Assembly (NCBI GenBank): GCA_964016885.1 | Contig: OZ024765.1 | Span: 6,262,001-6,326,000, forward strand | From: Eledone cirrhosa | Taxonomy: Eukaryota | Reading direction: 5' to 3' | DNA: 64,000 nt | Shown here: positions 1 to 13,349 of the stretch, one piece after another | Layout: every line of letters starts with the position of its first letter | Numbering within the stretch: position 1 is the first letter of the stretch | The notes under the pieces: generated by a model | Told to the model about the DNA's origin: nothing | The model's input: the letters and a program-made list of their open reading frames with translations, nothing else | The model's database searches: none | Translations under genes and position numbers: made by a program

Positions 1-507
1 CCACCACCACCATAAACACCACCATTACCACCATCAACATCACCACCACTATCAACACCGCCACCACCACCATCAACATCACCACCACCACCACCATCAA
101 CATCACCACCACCACCACCACCACCTCCACCATCAACTCTTTTGAGGAGTGGAGGAAGAAGCGGGAAGAGGGGGGGGGGGGGGCTGTGTTTGGCAAATTC
201 CAGTATTTGTCATTGAAAGAGAAAAAACCTAAGAATAGACCATCCAGCGAACCACCCATTCAATAAATAGCACCAAAACAACAACAGCAACAACACATTA
301 CATCATTTGCTATTAACAACAACAACACTTTAGCCCTTATTGTTGTTGTTGTTGTTGTTGCATACATTGATAGTTTATTTTGGGCGTCAACCCTTTCATT
401 ATTATCACCATATTTCTACTGAGAGACACTGACTGTGATTTTCAAATAATTTTGAAAAATAATCAAGAATTTGGAGGGATTTAGCAAATGAATTAACTTT
501 CTCGTTA

Positions 508-1087
508 TTAACCCTTTCATTACCATATTTCTAATGAAAGACACTGCTTATGTCTTTAACCCTTTCATAACCATATTTCTAATGAAAGACACTGTCTATG
601 TCTTTAACCCTTTCATTACCATATTTCTATTGAAAGATACTGTCTATGTCTTTAACCCTTTCATTACCATATTTCTAATGAAAGACACTGTCTATGTCAT
701 TAACCCTTTCATTACCATATTTCTAATGAAAGACACAGTCTATGTCTTTAACCCTTTCATTACCATATTTCTAATGAAAGACACAGTCTATGTCATTAAC
801 CCTTCCATTACCATATTTCTAATGAAAGACACAGTCTATGTCATTAACCCTTTCATTACCATATTTCTAATGAAAGACACTGTCTATGTCTTTAACCCTT
901 TCATTACCATATTTCTAATGAAAGACACTGTCTATGTCTTTAACCCTTTCATTACCATATTTCTAATGAAAGACACTGTCTATGTCTTTAACTCTTTTAT
1001 TACCATATTTCTAATGAAAGACACTGCTTATGTCATTAACCCTTTCATTACCATATTTCTAATGAAAGACACTGTCTATGTCTTTAA
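508..1087. repeat. 48-bp minisatellite (~12 units)
   Basis: Unit ttaaccctttcattaccatatttctaatgaaagacactgtctatgtct; starts with a TTAACCC MITE-like end. Confidence 0.95.
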
Positions 1088-1790
1088 ATGTAAGAAGCAA
1101 AGAAAATTTCAATGATACGAAAGATTTCCTGGTGGAAGTTCAGGTGTACTCTAGGTTGGTATTCAGTTTTGGGGTGAAAGTCCAATTAGAAAATCCAACG
1201 AATTTTGAGAGGTCCACCTAAGCGTTGATATATATATATATATGTGTGTATGCAAAAGGTAAACAGAAATAACAACACAATCGGTAGAGTATATGGAAGG
1301 GATATATTAGGTTATTGGAAAAGTAAAAAAACAAAAACAATAACAAGGAGTGCAGTTACAAACAGTGTTGGTATTAGGTTCACGCTTGAGAGTGTGGGAG
1401 GGGGGTGACGTTTCGGGCATAAGCCCTTCATCAGGAGACAGGTGGGAAGGAAAAGAGTTCAGAGAGGGTGTGAGGGGAGAAGTGGTGGAAAGACATTAAA
1501 ATAAAAGGAAAAAAATTAAAATGAAAACAAATGGTGAAAGGGTGTGAGGCATGTAGAGGTGGTGGTGGGTGGATGGAGAGGGGGGGAGAAGGAAATAGGG
1601 GGTCCGAGCAGGGAGGGTGGACGGTGGTGTGTGTGTGTGTAGGTGTACGTGTGTGTGTGTGTTTATGCGTAGATGTGAGTGTGAGTGTTTGGGGGAGAAC
1701 GGGGCTCCATGCTCAGAAATAACAAGAGTATCGGCACAGTATATAGAAGGAATATATTAGTATAACCTTTGAAATAGCAGGAAGAGAGTC

Positions 1791-1820
1791 TTAACGTTTC
1801 GGACGCTAGTCCTTCATCAG
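1791..1820 (-). ncRNA. Minimal hammerhead core in a Penelope-like repeat
   Basis: CUGAUGA-aggac uagc gucc-GAAACGUUA. A sister core at 1407-1434 (gggc uuau gccc, GAAACGUC) and a mutated copy near 32171-32200. Confidence 0.55.
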
Positions 1821-2365
1821 AGGAAAGAATGAGAAATTAGAAAGATTGAAGGGACAGGCAGGGCGGAATCAGAAAAAATGTTTTTAGAGAAAAATAACAG
1901 GTCCATTCATGTTACCATCCCTTGGAAAACTGTTGATGCTAGCGTTTCATGTATGATATACTTTTTTAAAAAAGGGATATATGTGTGTGTGTGTATGTGT
2001 GGAATGCTGAGCCACTTGCCTGTGAATCTCGCAAGCAGGCTGTTCCGTTGTGATAGTATTTCAACAACAACAACCACAAGTTATTGATTAGATATAGCCA
2101 CAGATCGAAGATCAATGCATCTAGTAAAGGCCATGTATAATATTGATTATTGATTGTAGCTGTTGAGTCTTATAGATCAAATATTGATATGTCTAACTGA
2201 TTATCACATGGTTTCTACTGATCTGTTGCAGTAATCGACATCTTCACATCAATTGAGATACAAGCAATGGCATTCACACACATATATACATAATATTATA
2301 TAAGTGTGGGTGTATATTATATTAATATATATACACACATATATATATATATATAAGTATACAAG

Positions 2366-2410
<45 letters not shown>

Positions 2411-2767
2411 GCACATATATATATCATCATTCAGCATCATTTCATTTTACGTCTACTTCTCCCTGCTTGCAAGGGTGGGATGGGAACTGATTCTGGCTTG
2501 ATCTCTACAGCTGGATGCCCTTCCTAACACCAACCTCATTTACAGTGAGTGCTGGGCGCTTTTTTGCCGTGGCACCTCCACGACCACTTTACAGTGGAAT
2601 GATAGGGACCCCAGTCCCTATCATCTCATTTCTACAGCTGAGTAAACTGGAGCAATGTGAAATAAAGTGTCTTGCTCAAGGAAACAACACATCACCCGGT
2701 CTGAGAATTGAACTCACAACCTTTCGATTGCAAGGCCAATGCTCTAACCACTAAGCCATGTGCCTCC

Positions 2768-2798
<31 letters not shown>

Positions 2799-4536
2799 TC
2801 ATCATTCATCATTTTATGTCTGCTTTTCCCAAGGACCACATGCAGTTTACTTAAAAGGAGATTACGTTGGTATGGTCATGTGATGCGCATGAAAGACGAC
2901 AGCTGTATAAAAAAGTGCAGGGCGATCAAAATTGATGGAAGATATGGAGTAGGTAGACCCAGAAAAACCTGACCTTCCACACTTACACCTCTCTAAGACA
3001 ATGTCACTGGATCGAGACCTTTCGTGCTACGCAGTAATACAGATGAGCTGCCTTCCCTTACATACGAAGTTAAAACTACAGTCAGTAGACACCGCTTAAC
3101 CAAATATACACCCTAACCCCACTACCCCTACTCCATCCTTCCACTCCCACCAACACCACCCTTTCTCTGTAAAGTTATGTTGGTACCACAGACCATCTAG
3201 TCCACACTGGTCGTTTAGGTGTCACGACAAAAAGCACCCAGTCCACGCTGTAAGGTGGCCGTGTAGGAGACATGGTAAAAAGGTTCCCAGTCCACACTGT
3301 AAATGTGGTTGGTGTTAGGAAAGGCATCCACCCATAGAAAACCTGTCAGGTAACCGTGTCTCGCTCATACACAACTCTTTCTGGCAGGTTTTTTTTATAG
3401 CTGGATGCCCTTCCTAACACCAACCACATTTACAGTGTGGACTGGGAGCGTTTTTACCATGTCTCCTACACGACCACTTTACATCATCATCATCATCATT
3501 GTTTAATGTCTATCTTCCACGCTAGCATGGGTTAGACGGGAGTTGTCCCACTGGAGGCAAGATTGGTCGGGTGACCGTGTCTCGCTCATATAGGACTATC
3601 TGGCAGGTTTTCTACGGCTGGATGCCCTTCCTAACACCAACCACATTTACAGTAAGGACTGAGAACTTTTTACCATGTTACCTACACGGCCATATTACAG
3701 CGTGGACTGTGTGTTTTTTTGTTGTGACACCTACACGACCTCATTAGTTTGGACTGGATGTTATGCATCACGTAACCATACTAACATAATCTTCTCTCAA
3801 GTAAACAGCATCTGATCCCTCTTATTCCTAATTTCTCACTTAGTTCATTTACATGTGTATGCAAATCAAAGTCCTCTGACCTGATCTCTCACAAAGGAGC
3901 TGATCCTCCTACCCATGCTAACATGGAAAACGGTCATTAAACTATGATGATGATGATGATGATGTACCTTAGAAAATGACATGGAACATAGAATTGGAGC
4001 CGCACAAGGGGGCATTTGGAAAGCTAATCATACAAGTCTTCAACAACATAGATCTGACTTAACAAAAATTATTATCTATAATGCTGTTTTCATTTTATAT
4101 CTATTCAAATACACTCTCGCTTCATCTCGATCAGAGACGACATTGTTTTTTATATATATATATATTATACACCCCAACCCACTACCCCTACTCCATCCTT
4201 CCACTCCCACCAACACCACCCCTTTCTCTGTAAAGTTATGTTGGTACCACAACATCCAATCCAAACTAATGAGGTCGTGTAGGTCTCACAACAAAAAAAA
4301 AACACAGTCCACGCTGTAATGTGGCCATGTAGGTAACATGGTAAAAAGCTCCCAGTCCATACTGTAAATGTGGTTGGTGTTAGGAAGGGCATCCAGCCGT
4401 AGAGAACTGCCAGATGGTCCTATACGAGCGAGACACAGTCAGCCGACCAATCTTGCCTTAAATGGGACAATTCCCATCTAACAAATGCTAGCGTGGAAAA
4501 TAGACGTTAAATGATGATGATGATGATATATATATA

Positions 4537-5418
4537 CAGGGTCTTGACGATATTTGTTCGCAATTTTCAACTGTTAATTTTATGCACATTTTTTTTACTT
4601 CCGTTGTCACTCTTGTCTTCATAAAAACAGTGACTATATTTCCATTATTTATTTTCAGAATAATTGATTATGAATAATTTTGAACCTCCAAATTTGTGGA
4701 AGAGACACGGAGTTCTTCTTGGAATCCGCGTCGGGAGGACAAATAAGGATCAGAAGATCAACTCCCAGAACAACAGGTGGCTCGCTGTCTCATCCAAAGA
4801 CGTGCACAGAGTCCTGCAGACAAAGTTTCCAGCAACAACATTGGTCTTAGGTGTCGTCAGCAGTCAAGGTGACGTCATGCCACCTCACTTCATCCCTGAG
4901 GGCCTCAAGCTGAACATCGATGGCTACATCCACGTTCTGAGCGAGGTAGTAAAGCCTTGGATCGACCAGGTAGCTGCAGGGAGGCCATACGTGTGGCAGC
5001 AAGACTCAGCGCCCTGCCATACCAGCCGAAAGACGCAAGCCTGGCTGTCAGAGAACTTCTTCGACCACACTTCACCTGACATCTGGCCTCCCAGCTCGCC
5101 TGACTACAACCCCCTCGACTTCTTTGTGTGAGGCGCAGTGGAACGAGACACCAACAGATCTAGCTGCAATACGAAAGACGATCTGAAGGCCAGGATCACA
5201 AGTGCCTTTAGGGGCCTAAGTCGGGGGACAGTGACGAAGGCCTGTAGCCGGTTCCGAGGCCGTCATCAAAGCCAATGGCAGGTTTATCGAGTGAGATAGA
5301 AAGAACAAGTCATGAAGACAAACTGACCCAAGTTTGATAAATATATCTAAAAAAATAAAACTACTGTGTTATTTTTTCATAGACAGTAATCTTGCGAACA
5401 AATATCGTCTGCACCCTG
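4537..5418 (+). mobile_element. Internally deleted Tc1/mariner element, DD37D (maT) type
   Basis: 27-bp TIRs cagggtcttgacgatatttgttcgcaa / ttgcgaacaaatatcgtctgcaccctg (24/27 match), TA on both sides. Confidence 0.92.
4664..5294 (+). pseudogene. Truncated DD37D transposase
   Basis: QQDSAPCH...WPPSSPDYNPLDF has 37 residues between D2 and D3. Most of the DNA-binding domain and the first D are missing. Premature TGA at 5129-5131, after which homology continues (GAVERDTN...ANGRFIE*). Confidence 0.85.
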
Positions 5419-5520
5419 TATATATATATATATATATATATATACCCACACAATTGTTCGGTATATTGGTATTTCATTTGATATATATATACAATATACA
5501 CTATTATTTCATATATATAT

Positions 5521-5572
<52 letters not shown>

Positions 5573-5642
5573 CTATAGTTGAGTGTATTGGTATTTCATT
5601 TGATATATATATACAATATACACTATTACTTCATATATATAT

Positions 5643-5690
<48 letters not shown>

Positions 5691-5720
5691 CTATAGTTGA
5701 GTGTATTGGTATTTCATTTG

Positions 5721-5755
<35 letters not shown>

Positions 5756-7212
5756 TACAATACAATACAACAACAACCACAAGCAATAAACTGGATTTAC
5801 ATTTATCCATCGTTAATCTTGGTAAAAAAAAAAAGCCCAATCTTTTTCAAGCCAACTCGTTAAGCTAAACTAACGAAGTAACACTCTACCTTGATAAGTT
5901 AATTGTTACGGTAAGGATTGGGAGGAGAGGGGTAGGGGCAGAGAGACAGGATGAGAGGTGGGAAGGAGAGAGTGGGAGAGAGGAGGGGATAGAGTGGGGA
6001 GAGAGGAGGGGATAGATGAGGAGGGAGAGAGGGGAAGAGAGAGGGAAGGAACTGATTGGGAAGTTCTAATTAACTCTTGCTAATTATAATCTTTGAACTA
6101 AAACATCAAATTAGTGAGTGTAATAACAGTAACGATTATTGATAGACTCCTTAATTGACGGACAGGTAGACAGACACAGGCATACATATATATATAGCTA
6201 CATATATATATATATATATACATATATACACAGATACATAGATACATACAGGCATACATATATATACACACACACACATATATATACACATATACATATT
6301 CATACATACATAGATATATGCAGATACATACATACAGATACATACATACATATATATAGAGAGAGATACATACATATATACAGATACATTCATACATACG
6401 TATAAACACAAATACATACATACACACAGTATGGTCTTCCTCTACTGCGTCTTCCTTCCACTGGGATTTCATGGCACTTCTTCACCCAGCGGTCATCCTC
6501 CATGCACATCACATGTCCATACCAATGCAGTCTTCTCTCCTGCACACTACAGTTTATTCCTCTTATACACAGTTTTCCTCTCAATGAGAAATATGTGAAG
6601 GCCAGATTCCAATAACTTCTGAAATAAAATATATATCATCATTTCATTTTACGTCCGCTTTTTCCTTGCTTGCAAGGGTGGGACGGGAACTGATTCTGAC
6701 TTGATTTCTACAGCTGGATGCCCTTCCTAACACCAACCTCATTTACAGTGAGTGCTGGGTGCTTTTCTGCCGTGCCACCTCCACGACCACTTTACAGTGG
6801 AATGATAGGGACCCCAGTCCCAGTCCCTATCATCTCATTTCTACAGCTGAGTAAACTGGAGCAATGTGAAATAAAGTGTCTTGCTCAAGGAAACAACACA
6901 TCACCCGGTCCGAGAATTGAACTCACAACCTTTCGATTGCAAGGCCAATGCTCTAACCACTAAGCCTTGTGCCTCCATTATATATATAAAATAAAATAAA
7001 ATAAACCAATATAAGAGGCTGTTGGAATCCTGCCTTCACATGTTTTCCATTTAGATGTTTCACTCTGTTCCTGTACCACCCACGAGATACCACATCTGTG
7101 ATAGAAGACACACATGATGTTGAGTGCTTTTTGCTTATTCCACCATGATCTGCTGATTGGAATGGCTAGATCACAAACCCACCTACCTGTTAGTTAAACT
7201 ATACAACGTAAA

Positions 7213-7249
<37 letters not shown>

Positions 7250-7459
7250 CAGTTCTGTATATGAGCAAGACACAGTGACCTAAACTGACTTGCCTCAATA
7301 ATGATGACAATGATGATGATGATGGTGGTGGCAATAACGATGATGATGATGATGATGATGATGATGGCAATAGCTGATTGCAACACCACCCTCTCTCTCC
7401 GTAAAGTTGGTACCACAACATCCAGTCCAAATAAATGAGATAATGAGATTGAGGTCAAG

Positions 7460-8365
7460 GTCGTGTAGCTGTCACGACAAAAAAACACAGTCCACATTGT
7501 AATATGGCCGTGTAGGTAACACGGTAAAAAGTTCCCAGTCCACGCTGTAATATGGTCGTGTAGGTAACACGGTAAAAAGTTCCCAGTCCACACTGTAATG
7601 TGGTCGTGTAGGTAACACGGTAAAAAGTTCCCAGTCCACACTGTAATGTGGTCGTGTAGGTAACACGGTAAAAAGTTCCCAGTCCACACTGTAATGTGGT
7701 CGTGTAGGTAACACGGTAAAAAGTTCCCAGTCCACACTGTAATGTGGTCGTGTAGGTAACACGGTAAAAAGTTCCCAGTCCACACTGTAATGTGGCTGTG
7801 TAGGTAACACGGTAAAAAGTTCCCAGTCCACACTGTAATGTGGTCGTGTAGGTAACACGGTAAAAAGTTCCCAGTCCACACTGTAATGTGGCCGTGTAGG
7901 TAACACGGTAAAAAGTTCCCAGTTCACACTGTAATGTGGCCGTGTAGGTAACACGGTAAAAAGTTCCCAGTCCACACTGTAATGTGGCCGTGTAGGTAAC
8001 ACGGTAAAAAGTTCCCAGTCCACACTGTAATGTGGCCGTGTAGGTAACACGGTAAAAAGTTCCCAGTCCACACTGTAATGTGGCCATGTAGGTAACACGG
8101 TAAAAAGTTCCCAGTCCACACTGTAATGTGGCCATGTAGGTAACACAGTAAAAAGTTCCCAGTCCACACTGTAATGTGGCCGTGTAGGTAACACGGTAAA
8201 AAGTTCCCAGTCCACACTGTAATGTGGTCGTGTAGGTAACACGGTAAAAAGTTCCCAGTCCACACTGTAATGTGGTCGTGTAGGTAACACGGTAAAAGGT
8301 TCCCAGTCCACACTGTAATGTGGTCGTGTAGGTAACACGGTAAAAAGTTCCCAGTCCACACTGTA
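7460..8365. repeat. 48-bp minisatellite amplified inside an RTE-related retroposon tail (~18 units)
   Basis: Unit gtgtaggtaacacggtaaaaagttcccagtccacactgtaatgtggtc, which runs into gttaggaagggcatccagc...(gat)n. Confidence 0.95.
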
Positions 8366-8814
8366 AATGTGGTTGGTGTTAGGAAGGGCATCCAGCCGTA
8401 GAAAACCTGCCAGAAAGTCCTATACGAGTGTGTCACGGTCACCCGACCAACGTTGCCTCAAGTGGGTCAACTCCCGTCTAACCCATGGTAGCGTGGAAGA
8501 TGGACGTTAAATGATGATGATGATGATGAAGTCACTGCTGTAGTTTTTTAGTTACGTATATATATATATGCTTCAGCTTCAGTATATTTCAATGAATCAT
8601 TTGTTACTTAAGACCATAAAATCAGAGATGAGATCGATAGGAACAGATCAATACTCAATAGCACATATTAGCCACATATCATTGCAGCAAAATATTACAA
8701 AATGACAGCATTAAAGGTAAGTATAAACCCATAGCCATTGAAATGATGTGGAACCATTTTAAACACAGACTGCAGCACAGGACATGATCTGAGGATTTAA
8801 TGGAGTATAGCTGT

Positions 8815-9092
8815 TATATACACCCAGTACACTCTGTAAAGTGGTACTCTTGGTGTCATGATAAAGTACACCCCATACACCCAGTACACTCTGTAAAGTG
8901 GTACTGTTGGTGTCATGATAAAATACCCCCCCCCCCCCCCCCATACGCCCAGTACACTCTGTAAAGTGGTACTGTTGGTGTCATGATAACCCCCCCCCCC
9001 CATACACCCAGTACACTCTGTAAAGAGGTACTGTTGGTGTCATGATAAAATACCCCCCCCCCCCCACATACACCCAGTACACTCTGTAAATG
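8815..9092. repeat. ~55-60-bp tandem repeat x5 from a SINE/RTE tail
   Basis: acacccagtacactctgtaaagtggtactgttggtgtcatgata with variable poly-C. Confidence 0.8.
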
Positions 9093-9164
9093 GACATTAA
9101 ATGATATCTATCACTCCCACTCTGTCTGACTGTCTCTCTCTCTCTCTACATATATATATATATA

Positions 9165-9817
9165 TAACCATTTAACATTTACATTACTCTATATATACTA
9201 TTGTATTTTCACAGTAAAGGCTTTACCTCACATAATATCTCACATAACATTTACATTACTCTATATATACTATTGTATTTTCACAGTAAAGGCTTTACCT
9301 CACATAATATCTCACATAACATTTACATTACTCTATATATACTATTGTATTTTCACAGTAAAGGCTTTACCTCACATAATATCTCACATAACATTTACAT
9401 TACTCTATATGTACTATTGTATTTTCACAGTAAAGGCTTTACCTCACATAATATCTCACATAACATTTACATTACTCTATATATACTATTGTATTTTCAC
9501 AGGAAAGGCTTTACCTCACATAATATCTCACATAACATTTACATTACTCTATATATACTATTGTATTTTCACAGTAAAGGCTTTACCTCACATAATATCT
9601 CACATAACATTTACATTACTCTATATATACTATTGTATTTTCGAGGTAAAGGCTTTACCTCATTTAATTACCTTACATATTGAATCTATGAGATTTTGAT
9701 ATTATTTATTTTGAGAGCAATACCTTAAAGTCAGTTTCAGGGGCCATTTATGGCTGGTTTGAACAGAAAGAGGGGAAAGAATTCTGGCCGGATATGGTTT
9801 AAATGCAAAAGGGTTAA
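9165..9817 (+). mobile_element. piggyBac-like MITE with internal 72-bp minisatellite (~7 units)
   Basis: Same family; 24-codon periodic ORF; right end aaatgcaaaagggTTAA. Confidence 0.8.
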
Positions 9818-9897
9818 AGTATCAAAACGATATATGACTCTGTCTCTCTCTCTAAATATATCTTGAATTTAAATCATTCATAGGTCCATCTGTCCAT

Positions 9898-9940
<43 letters not shown>

Positions 9941-10049
9941 GGGAATATTACACCGGATTAAGAAACATATGGTCATCTGAAATCTCTGTGCACAATAAAA
10001 CAGTGGCTAACAATGTGTTGAATACTTGATTGGACAATAGATGAAATCC

Positions 10050-10700
10050 GAGCATTTACATTACTCTATATCATCATCATCAGGTCGAGCTTGCTCGGCT
10101 TTCTACGACACGTTTCCTCCATCCATCTCTGTCTCTCATAGTGTTTGCCAGTTCTTCCGCAGTGCATCCAGTATCGTCCTCAAGTTGCTTGACGTATGTC
10201 TTCTTGGGACGACCAGTGTTTCTTGCTCCATGAAATGGACTCCATAACAACACATCGCCTGCTATTTCTTCCTTGCTGCACCAACAGTGGCCAGCAAATC
10301 TATATATACTATTATATTTCCATGTTAAAGTCTTTACCTCACATAACTATCTCACATTATATGGAATCTATGAGATTTTGATGTTATTTATTTTGAGAAT
10401 AATACCTTAACATTATTATGAGCGGCCGGTGAATTGGCAGTATCGGTAGAGGGTTGGACGCCATGCTTTCTAGCATAGTTACGTCCCTTTACGGTCTGAG
10501 TTCAAATCCTGCCATGGTTAACTTTGCCTTTCATCCTTACAGGGTCGATAAAATAAAGTACCAGTAATGTACTGGGTAATTGCTGGCCTTGTGCCTAAAG
10601 TAGAATCAATTATTATGAGCGGCCGGTTACAGCCAGTTTGAACTGAAAGAGGTGAGAGAATTCAGGCTGGATATGGCCAATTTAAATGCTAAAGGGTAAA
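10050..10700 (+). mobile_element. piggyBac-like MITE interrupted by a retroelement fragment and a SINE
   Basis: Family sequence resumes after the insertions. The SINE at 10431-10608 has a 19-bp TSD attattatgagcggccggt (10412-10430 and 10609-10627). Confidence 0.7.
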
Positions 10701-10719
10701 ACCCAAAAAATTCTAAACA

Positions 10720-11560
10720 ACACCAGAAACTTCCACATCAATAGTGACATAAACCACCTCTATTGAAATGTAAGCAGGGAGGCAGAGGCCTAACATCAGT
10801 CCAGACAACATTTGAGTGCTGCATCATATCTCACCAACATTTATGACCCTCCAAGTGTAGGAGCCCATCTATTGAGCAAGTCTGTCTGCAAGAGACAGAT
10901 AAGATCATGAGAGTTGGGAAGGAACTCCTTGAAAGATACTCCCTGCATAATATAATCAAAAACACACACCCAAGGAAATTGCCCAGCGATACCGCAGTGA
11001 ATCCATGGATGAAAAACTGCATGCTTATCAACAAAAAGTCATGCATGGATGTCCTGAATGAGAGTAATATAAATAAGCAAATTAGTTTATCAGATGTCAA
11101 AAGATGTCATCATGGTACTATGAGGCATGATGTAGTGACAAAAACACTATACAATGCACATACACATACATAATATGAAAAAGTACTGGTGGAATGTTCC
11201 TGTCAAAACCCCAATAAAATGCAGACCAGATATAATGATATGGGACAGGAAAAAGAAGGCATGCACAGTAGTGGACATTAGCTGCCCAGCAGATGCCGAT
11301 ATAATATTAAAGATTAGCAAAAAAGAAAATATCTATGCAGAACTAATGAGAAATCTGCAGATACTCCACCCTGACTATACCTTCAGATTTATACTTATGA
11401 TTATTGGGGCACTGGGGTATGTTAGTAACTGCCTCAGTACAAATCTTGAGAAGCTGGGCTTCACAGAAACAGAAAGAACATGACTAGTTAGGAAATTAAA
11501 AGTACAATCCATTAATGGAACAGTAAAAATATGTAAAACATTCCAAATTTTCTGTATGTA
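10720..11560 (+). mobile_element. Decayed RLE-type non-LTR retrotransposon (R4/NeSL-like) C-terminus
   Basis: RHDVVTK motif followed by KCRPDIMIWD...VVDISCPAD...KKENIY (PD-(D/E)xK endonuclease), with frameshifts. Confidence 0.75.
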
Positions 11561-12537
11561 ATAACTACATGTACACTTGTGCAGATACAAAGCATATGCA
11601 CATGCACACATATAACTCAAAACATACACCTCCACACATACATTAACATCCATATCTGCACACACATGCATGCATGCATGCAGACATATGTACTTAGTTG
11701 AAGTCTAAATTCCAATGAAAGAGTCTTGTGTCTATGTTAGAAACTGACTTTCTCTCTATTGGTAAGAATTTATAAATTATATAACCAGAAGAACATATAC
11801 AATATATGATAATGATGTAGATTATATATAAATATATATATAATCTACATCATTATTATCACAATTTAATATATATATATATAATCTACATCATTATTAT
11901 CACCATTTAATATATATATATGTATAATTTACATCATTATTATCACCATTTAATATTTATATATATAGGCGTCATGACAAAAAGCACCCAGCACACACAG
12001 TAAATGTGGTTGGTGTTAGGAAGGGCATCCAGCCATAGAAAACCTACCAGAAACACTCCTATATGAGCAAAACACGGTCACCCAAACCAACTTGTCTCTA
12101 AATAAGAGAAACCCGTCTAACCTATGCTAGTAGCATTGAAGATAGACATTAAACGATGATGATGATGATAAGTGTGTGTGTGTGACAGTATTGTAGAAGA
12201 AATACAAATACAATTGCTTTCTTAAAAAAGAAATTAATTTAAATTTAGCGAGAATTAAGACTTAAGAAATATTGCAGAATCAAAAGGAAAAAAATTACAC
12301 TTCAGTACCATGTCTTATATTTTGTTTTTTTTAAATGGGGTTTTTATGTTGTTCTTGTTCTGTTCCACCTGATTTCACAACAGCATGGTTAGTGCCTGCC
12401 TCTTCACCACACCATCCAATCTAGCAGATCAAATTCAACCCCCATGTCTTCTCCCTGTCTCTCTCACTATTTACCATCCCCCCTCTCTCTAAATATATAT
12501 ATATATATATATTTACCATTCCATCTCTGTCTCTCTT

Positions 12538-12578
<41 letters not shown>

Positions 12579-12811
12579 TTCCATCTCTGTCTCTCTCTAT
12601 GTGTATATATATATATATATATATATCATTCCATCTCTGTCTCTCTCTATGTATGTATATATATACTATTCCATCTGTCTCTCTCTATGTATGTATGTAT
12701 ATATATATATATATATATATATACCATTCCATCTGTCTCTCTCTATGTATATATATATATACCATTCCATCTCTGTCTCTCTCTCTCTATATATATATAT
12801 ATACCAGTCCA

Positions 12812-12853
<42 letters not shown>

Positions 12854-12861
12854 CCATTCCA

Positions 12862-12893
<32 letters not shown>

Positions 12894-12931
12894 CATACAC
12901 CATTCCATCTCTCTCAATCTCTCTCTCTCAC

Positions 12932-12976
12932 CTGACTTAACTTCTGGCACATGGATCATTCCTAATGCCTCAGCTT
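12932..12976 (-). CDS. Candidate 45-bp exon of an unidentified gene
   Basis: Acceptor gttctttcAG, donor G|GTGAGA; only one open frame, (x)AEALGMIHVPEVKS; unique sequence among repeats. Confidence 0.35.
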
Positions 12977-13349
12977 CTGAAAGAACATATATAACGTATG
13001 ACCTATATAGCGATTACTTATTGATCTAGCATTGATCCTCAACACTAATTTTCATCCTCTTCTCCTTCCATGTCCTTGATTTCCAATGGAAAAAATATAA
13101 AAAAAAAAAAAAATGCACTTATGATGATGATGATGATGATGATAAAATATAAATTTTCTTTGGTTACCTGTTCTTGAAATCTTTTATTTAGGTTGCATAG
13201 GTGGACGGGTGGATGATATTGAAAAAGAGAGAAAATAAATAGATATATATTTAAATTTAGCGAAAATTATGACTTAAGAAATATTGCTGTATCAAATAAA
13301 GAATTAAAATATTGCACTTCAGTACCATGCATTATTTTTTTTTTTTATT

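Noticed and set aside
534-1115. 193-aa repeat protein
   Set aside because: Translation of a 48-bp minisatellite that also occurs at 60.1 kb, where stops interrupt it.
7183-8442. Periodic ORFs and CRISPR-like regularity
   Set aside because: Head-to-tail 48-bp units with no unique spacers, derived from a retroposon tail; eukaryotic context and no cas genes.
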